From a virus (lineage: Duplodnaviria > Caudoviricetes): a stretch of DNA of 27,400 bases. Shown here in pieces: positions 24,663 to 27,400 of this stretch. Numbering within the stretch: position 1 is the first letter of the stretch; each line of letters begins with the position of its first letter. The stretch lies in IMG/VR virus record IMGVR_UViG_3300014884_000057, positions 1-27,400 of that record; one strand, 5' to 3'. The translations under genes and the position numbers were made by a program. The notes below the pieces were generated by a model that saw nothing but the letters and a program-made list of their open reading frames with translations, had not been told where the DNA came from and did not search any database.

Positions 24663-24850
24663 GCGCTCACCGCCTGTCGTGCTCTCGCCTGCCAGCGATA
24701 GTGCGTAAACCACCGAACACTTTCCGTTTTTCTGCACCGTCCACAGAGCGCATGTCGGTGATACGTGCGGCGACGGGTACAGCGCGTGCAGAGGCCTCGG
24801 CGACGAAGTGCCACACGCTGCGCCGCTTTCTGGGTGTTAGTCCAGGCCAT
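24659..24850 (-). CDS. Small zinc-finger-like protein
   Basis: GLCTRC...LCGRC. ATGA overlap downstream. Start could be 24886. Confidence 0.65.
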   Translation of the reverse strand: MAWTNTQKAAQRVALRRRGLCTRCTRRRTYHRHALCGRCRKTESVRWFTHYRWQARARQAVSA

Positions 24851-24893
24851 TACGTCCAACCCTTTTTCTTCGGGAACTATATACATGACTACC

Positions 24894-25571
24894 TCAGATC
24901 AGCGGTAAGACGGATTGCATTAAGCGGCTTGCCGCGAGCTCGCAGTAGCGTTCTTCGGATTCAATTCCAACGGCTGCCAGCCCTACGCGCTTGGCCGCTT
25001 CCAGCGTCGTCCCAGTGCCGCAAAATGGATCAATGACACCACCATCACCGTAGAGGCCCATCAACCACGCAACATGCTCGTAGCGCCTCGGGCTGGGGTG
25101 CGGCAGCTCGCTGTAATCTAGATCGTCGGACGATCCTTCGCCGCGCCCAGTGTGTTGGAGCTTTGTCCGATTGTTTCGCGCCGTCGTTTCACCAGACAGC
25201 ACATGTCGGCCTGGACGCGATGGCGGGATAGACCCAAACACGTAAGCCACATCCGAACCAACGAGAATCCGACCACGATAGGACGGCCGCGCGTACTTTA
25301 ACCACGCCACGCGAACAAACGGATAACGCGCCGGAACGCCAGCAATAAATCTCGGATCACTGGAACATCCGAGATGCACCACAAGCCGCGATCCGGTAAG
25401 CAGCGCAGCAGCTTCCGCGAAGAGATGCGCCGGATCGACCACGGATGGAAACACCGAGTTGGGCCAGACCGGATCGGTAATACACACGTCGGGCTGCTGC
25501 AGCGTCGGTAGGACTTCCCGACAGTCGCCGTGGTAGATCGCGATCCCGTCCTGCTCGTAATACGGTGTCAC
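24894..25571 (-). CDS. DNA amino-methyltransferase (N6A/N4C, beta class)
   Basis: IYHGDCREVL, motif IV TDPVW, HPSP, motif I DPFCGTGTT and GIE..ERYC..A..RL. Confidence 0.9.
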   Translation of the reverse strand: MTPYYEQDGIAIYHGDCREVLPTLQQPDVCITDPVWPNSVFPSVVDPAHLFAEAAALLTGSRLVVHLGCSSDPRFIAGVPARYPFVRVAWLKYARPSYRGRILVGSDVAYVFGSIPPSRPGRHVLSGETTARNNRTKLQHTGRGEGSSDDLDYSELPHPSPRRYEHVAWLMGLYGDGGVIDPFCGTGTTLEAAKRVGLAAVGIESEERYCELAASRLMQSVLPLI

Positions 25572-26185
25572 GATGCCGCCTTCCGTGCGTCGTATTCGTG
25601 ATCAAAAATCGCTTCGATTTCCTCGTCGGTTTTCCCTGCGGCCTGCATCTCGGCACGGCGGTGTTGCGTGTTAATGGCTTGCTGGATCGCTAAGGGGTCG
25701 GCTGGTGGCACCTCTCGTGGTCCGCGTCTTTTACGTAAGCCCCCCGTGGGGGGTTGGGGGGTAATTAGATCAGCAGATGAAGATATAGATAGAAGAGCTT
25801 TACCGGATGAAAGCTCCGGTTTAACCGCGGCTTTACCGTGGCTTTTCGGACGACCGCCGAGTTTCCCTTTATCGCTCTGTGACTTACGGAACCTCGCCTG
25901 CTTACGCCGCTCTTGATCAACACGCTTATGACATAAACGCCCGTCGCGCACCGTGAAGCACTTGCCGATCTTTTTCCACCAGATTTGCAACCGTGAAAGC
26001 CGCGGCTTTCCCTTTAGTAATAACCGTAGATCATCCAGGTTCGCCGGCACGGTCGAATGATTCCAAAGCAGACGGATGATCGCGAAGTAGACCCCCTCCT
26101 CTTCATAGGTCATCGGGATCACGTTTAGATCGGTATCCCAATCCTTTGTGTAGAACTGGAACGCGGGCGCCTTCTCGCGAGCCAT
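25568..26185 (-). CDS. DUF1376/YdaU-like phage replication protein
   Basis: PAFQFY..DW..D...MT.EE.GVY..II..LW and GKLGGRP. Confidence 0.8.
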   Translation of the reverse strand: MAREKAPAFQFYTKDWDTDLNVIPMTYEEEGVYFAIIRLLWNHSTVPANLDDLRLLLKGKPRLSRLQIWWKKIGKCFTVRDGRLCHKRVDQERRKQARFRKSQSDKGKLGGRPKSHGKAAVKPELSSGKALLSISSSADLITPQPPTGGLRKRRGPREVPPADPLAIQQAINTQHRRAEMQAAGKTDEEIEAIFDHEYDARKAAS

Positions 26186-26325
26186 TTAGGTTTCCGCCTC
26201 TCGTTGCCGGTGATGCGCGGTAAAGACTGTCCCGTTCAGCCGCCGCCGTCATCTTCTCACTTGCCGTTTCGGTCGATCGATGGAACCTGCCACGAACGAA
26301 ACGGCACACACCCCGCAAACCCTGT

Positions 26326-27400
26326 TCAACTCTCCGCGACTGGCGCGTACTGCTGTGGCGTCAGTCCAAACGTCCATGCCACGGCCTCATGTGCCGTAGA
26401 CATCCCCGGCGGCACGCGCAGCCAATAGGGCTTTTGTGATCCATCCGTTTCCGGTGTGTTATTGATCACGCGTACCATCACGAGCGGTTCATCATTCGGC
26501 ACGTCCACGCGATAGAGATCCCCGTAGTCATCAGCATGAATCGGCACGGCCCCGATCTCGCGGATGTAGCGGTCTTCCCCGAAGCGCGTCATCATCACGC
26601 GCCGCACTTCGGCGTTCTCTTCGCGCTTAATGTGATCGAGCGTGATCCGGTCCGGCTGCGTGATGACAAACGCCGGCACCAACACGCCATGCCAGAAGTA
26701 CAAATTCTCAGCGTCGGACTCGATGGCGGGGCCATCTGCGCAGTGCAGACGCGGGCCGTTCGCGGTGCGCTCGACGTGGACCGTCGGCTTGGCGACCCAA
26801 TACAGCGTGTCCTCGGCCCAGAACAGAAACCACGCACCAGCGACGTACGCCTCAAACAGCGGGCGTGCCCACGGAATGGACCGGCCCGTTTGCTGCGCGC
26901 CGATCAGCGTCGTGGCGAGCCACGACAGATCCCACGACCACCACCACGAGCCACGGTGGAGGCACCAGGACGCGAAGCGGCGCAACGCGCCGATCCGAGC
27001 GTCCAGAGCGGCCTGAGCGCCCAGAGCGTCCCGAGCGTCCAGAGCGGCCAGAGCGTCCCGAGCGTCCAGAGCGGCCTGAGCGTCCTGAGCGTCCCGAGCG
27101 GCCCGAGCGGCCCGAGCGTCCTGAGCGTCCAGAGCGTACCGAGCGTCCAGAGCGGCCTGAGCGGCCTGAGCGTCCAGAGCGGCCTGAGCGGCCTGAGCGT
27201 CCTGAGCGGCCTGAGCGTCCTGAGCGGCCCGAGCGTCCCGAGCGGCCCGAGCGTCCCGAGCGTCCTGAGCGTCCAGAGCGTCCCGAGCGTCCAGAGCGGC
27301 CTGAGCGGCCTGAGCGTCCAGAGCGGCCTGAGCGGCCTGAGCGTCCTGAGCGGCCTGAGCGTCCTGAGCGGCCCGAGCGTCCCGAGCGGCCCGAGCGTCC
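26326..27400 (-). CDS. DUF6745-like protein with N-terminal tripeptide repeat region (start lies beyond the window)
   Basis: LHCADGPAI...LYFWHGV.VP...I..E.NAEVRRVM...Y.LRVPP...TA.EAVAWTFG. The frame stays open through the repeat array to the window edge. Confidence 0.8.
   Translation of the reverse strand, partial: DARAARDARAAQDAQAAQDAQAAQAALDAQAAQAALDARDALDAQDARDARAARDARAAQDAQAAQDAQAAQAALDAQAAQAALDARYALDAQDARAARAARDAQDAQAALDARDALAALDARDALGAQAALDARIGALRRFASWCLHRGSWWWSWDLSWLATTLIGAQQTGRSIPWARPLFEAYVAGAWFLFWAEDTLYWVAKPTVHVERTANGPRLHCADGPAIESDAENLYFWHGVLVPAFVITQPDRITLDHIKREENAEVRRVMMTRFGEDRYIREIGAVPIHADDYGDLYRVDVPNDEPLVMVRVINNTPETDGSQKPYWLRVPPGMSTAHEAVAWTFGLTPQQYAPVAES
26998..27400 (-). repeat. 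9-bp tandem coding array, at least 44 units (C[A/G/T]G G[A/C]C GCT, encoding [Q/R/L][D/A]A)
   Basis: Parsed unit by unit. Includes a 144-bp higher-order duplication. Confidence 0.97.

Noticed and set aside
232-27016. Many long plus-strand ORFs (e.g. 2207-3931, 9451-10650, 10619-11944, 15475-17148)
   Set aside because: They are antisense shadows of GC3-rich minus-strand genes, Arg/Gly-rich, and carry no recognisable motifs.
26998-27400. CRISPR array interpretation of the repeat
   Set aside because: The units are contiguous 9-mers with no spacers, in frame within a CDS, and no cas genes are present.

Overview
This window is a GC-rich segment of a tailed dsDNA phage or prophage, and essentially all credible genes lie on the minus strand (transcribed right to left). 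In transcription order it holds an early/replication block (DUF6745-like protein with a long 9-bp repeat array, DUF1376-like protein, two DNA methyltransferases, a disrupted DUF1064-like nuclease, a HerA/DUF87-like ATPase, a metallopeptidase-like protein), packaging and head genes (TerS candidate, TerL, portal, a tRNA(CAT) in a structured non-coding island, scaffold, major capsid protein), then small virion-module genes ending in a podovirus-type adaptor-like gene at the left edge. The most unusual observations are: (1) five genes between capsid and adaptor with Sec-type signal peptides, mostly with paired cysteines, interleaved with membrane proteins; (2) about 550 nt of multi-stem RNA around a hybrid initiator/elongator tRNA; (3) a C5-methyltransferase whose motif IX lies in an overlapping frame (EcoHK31I-like); (4) a DUF1064-like gene with two internal blocks in swapped order; (5) a 9-bp coding array varying almost only at the two positions where A is an allele. 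Family names come from motif recognition by eye, not from database searches.
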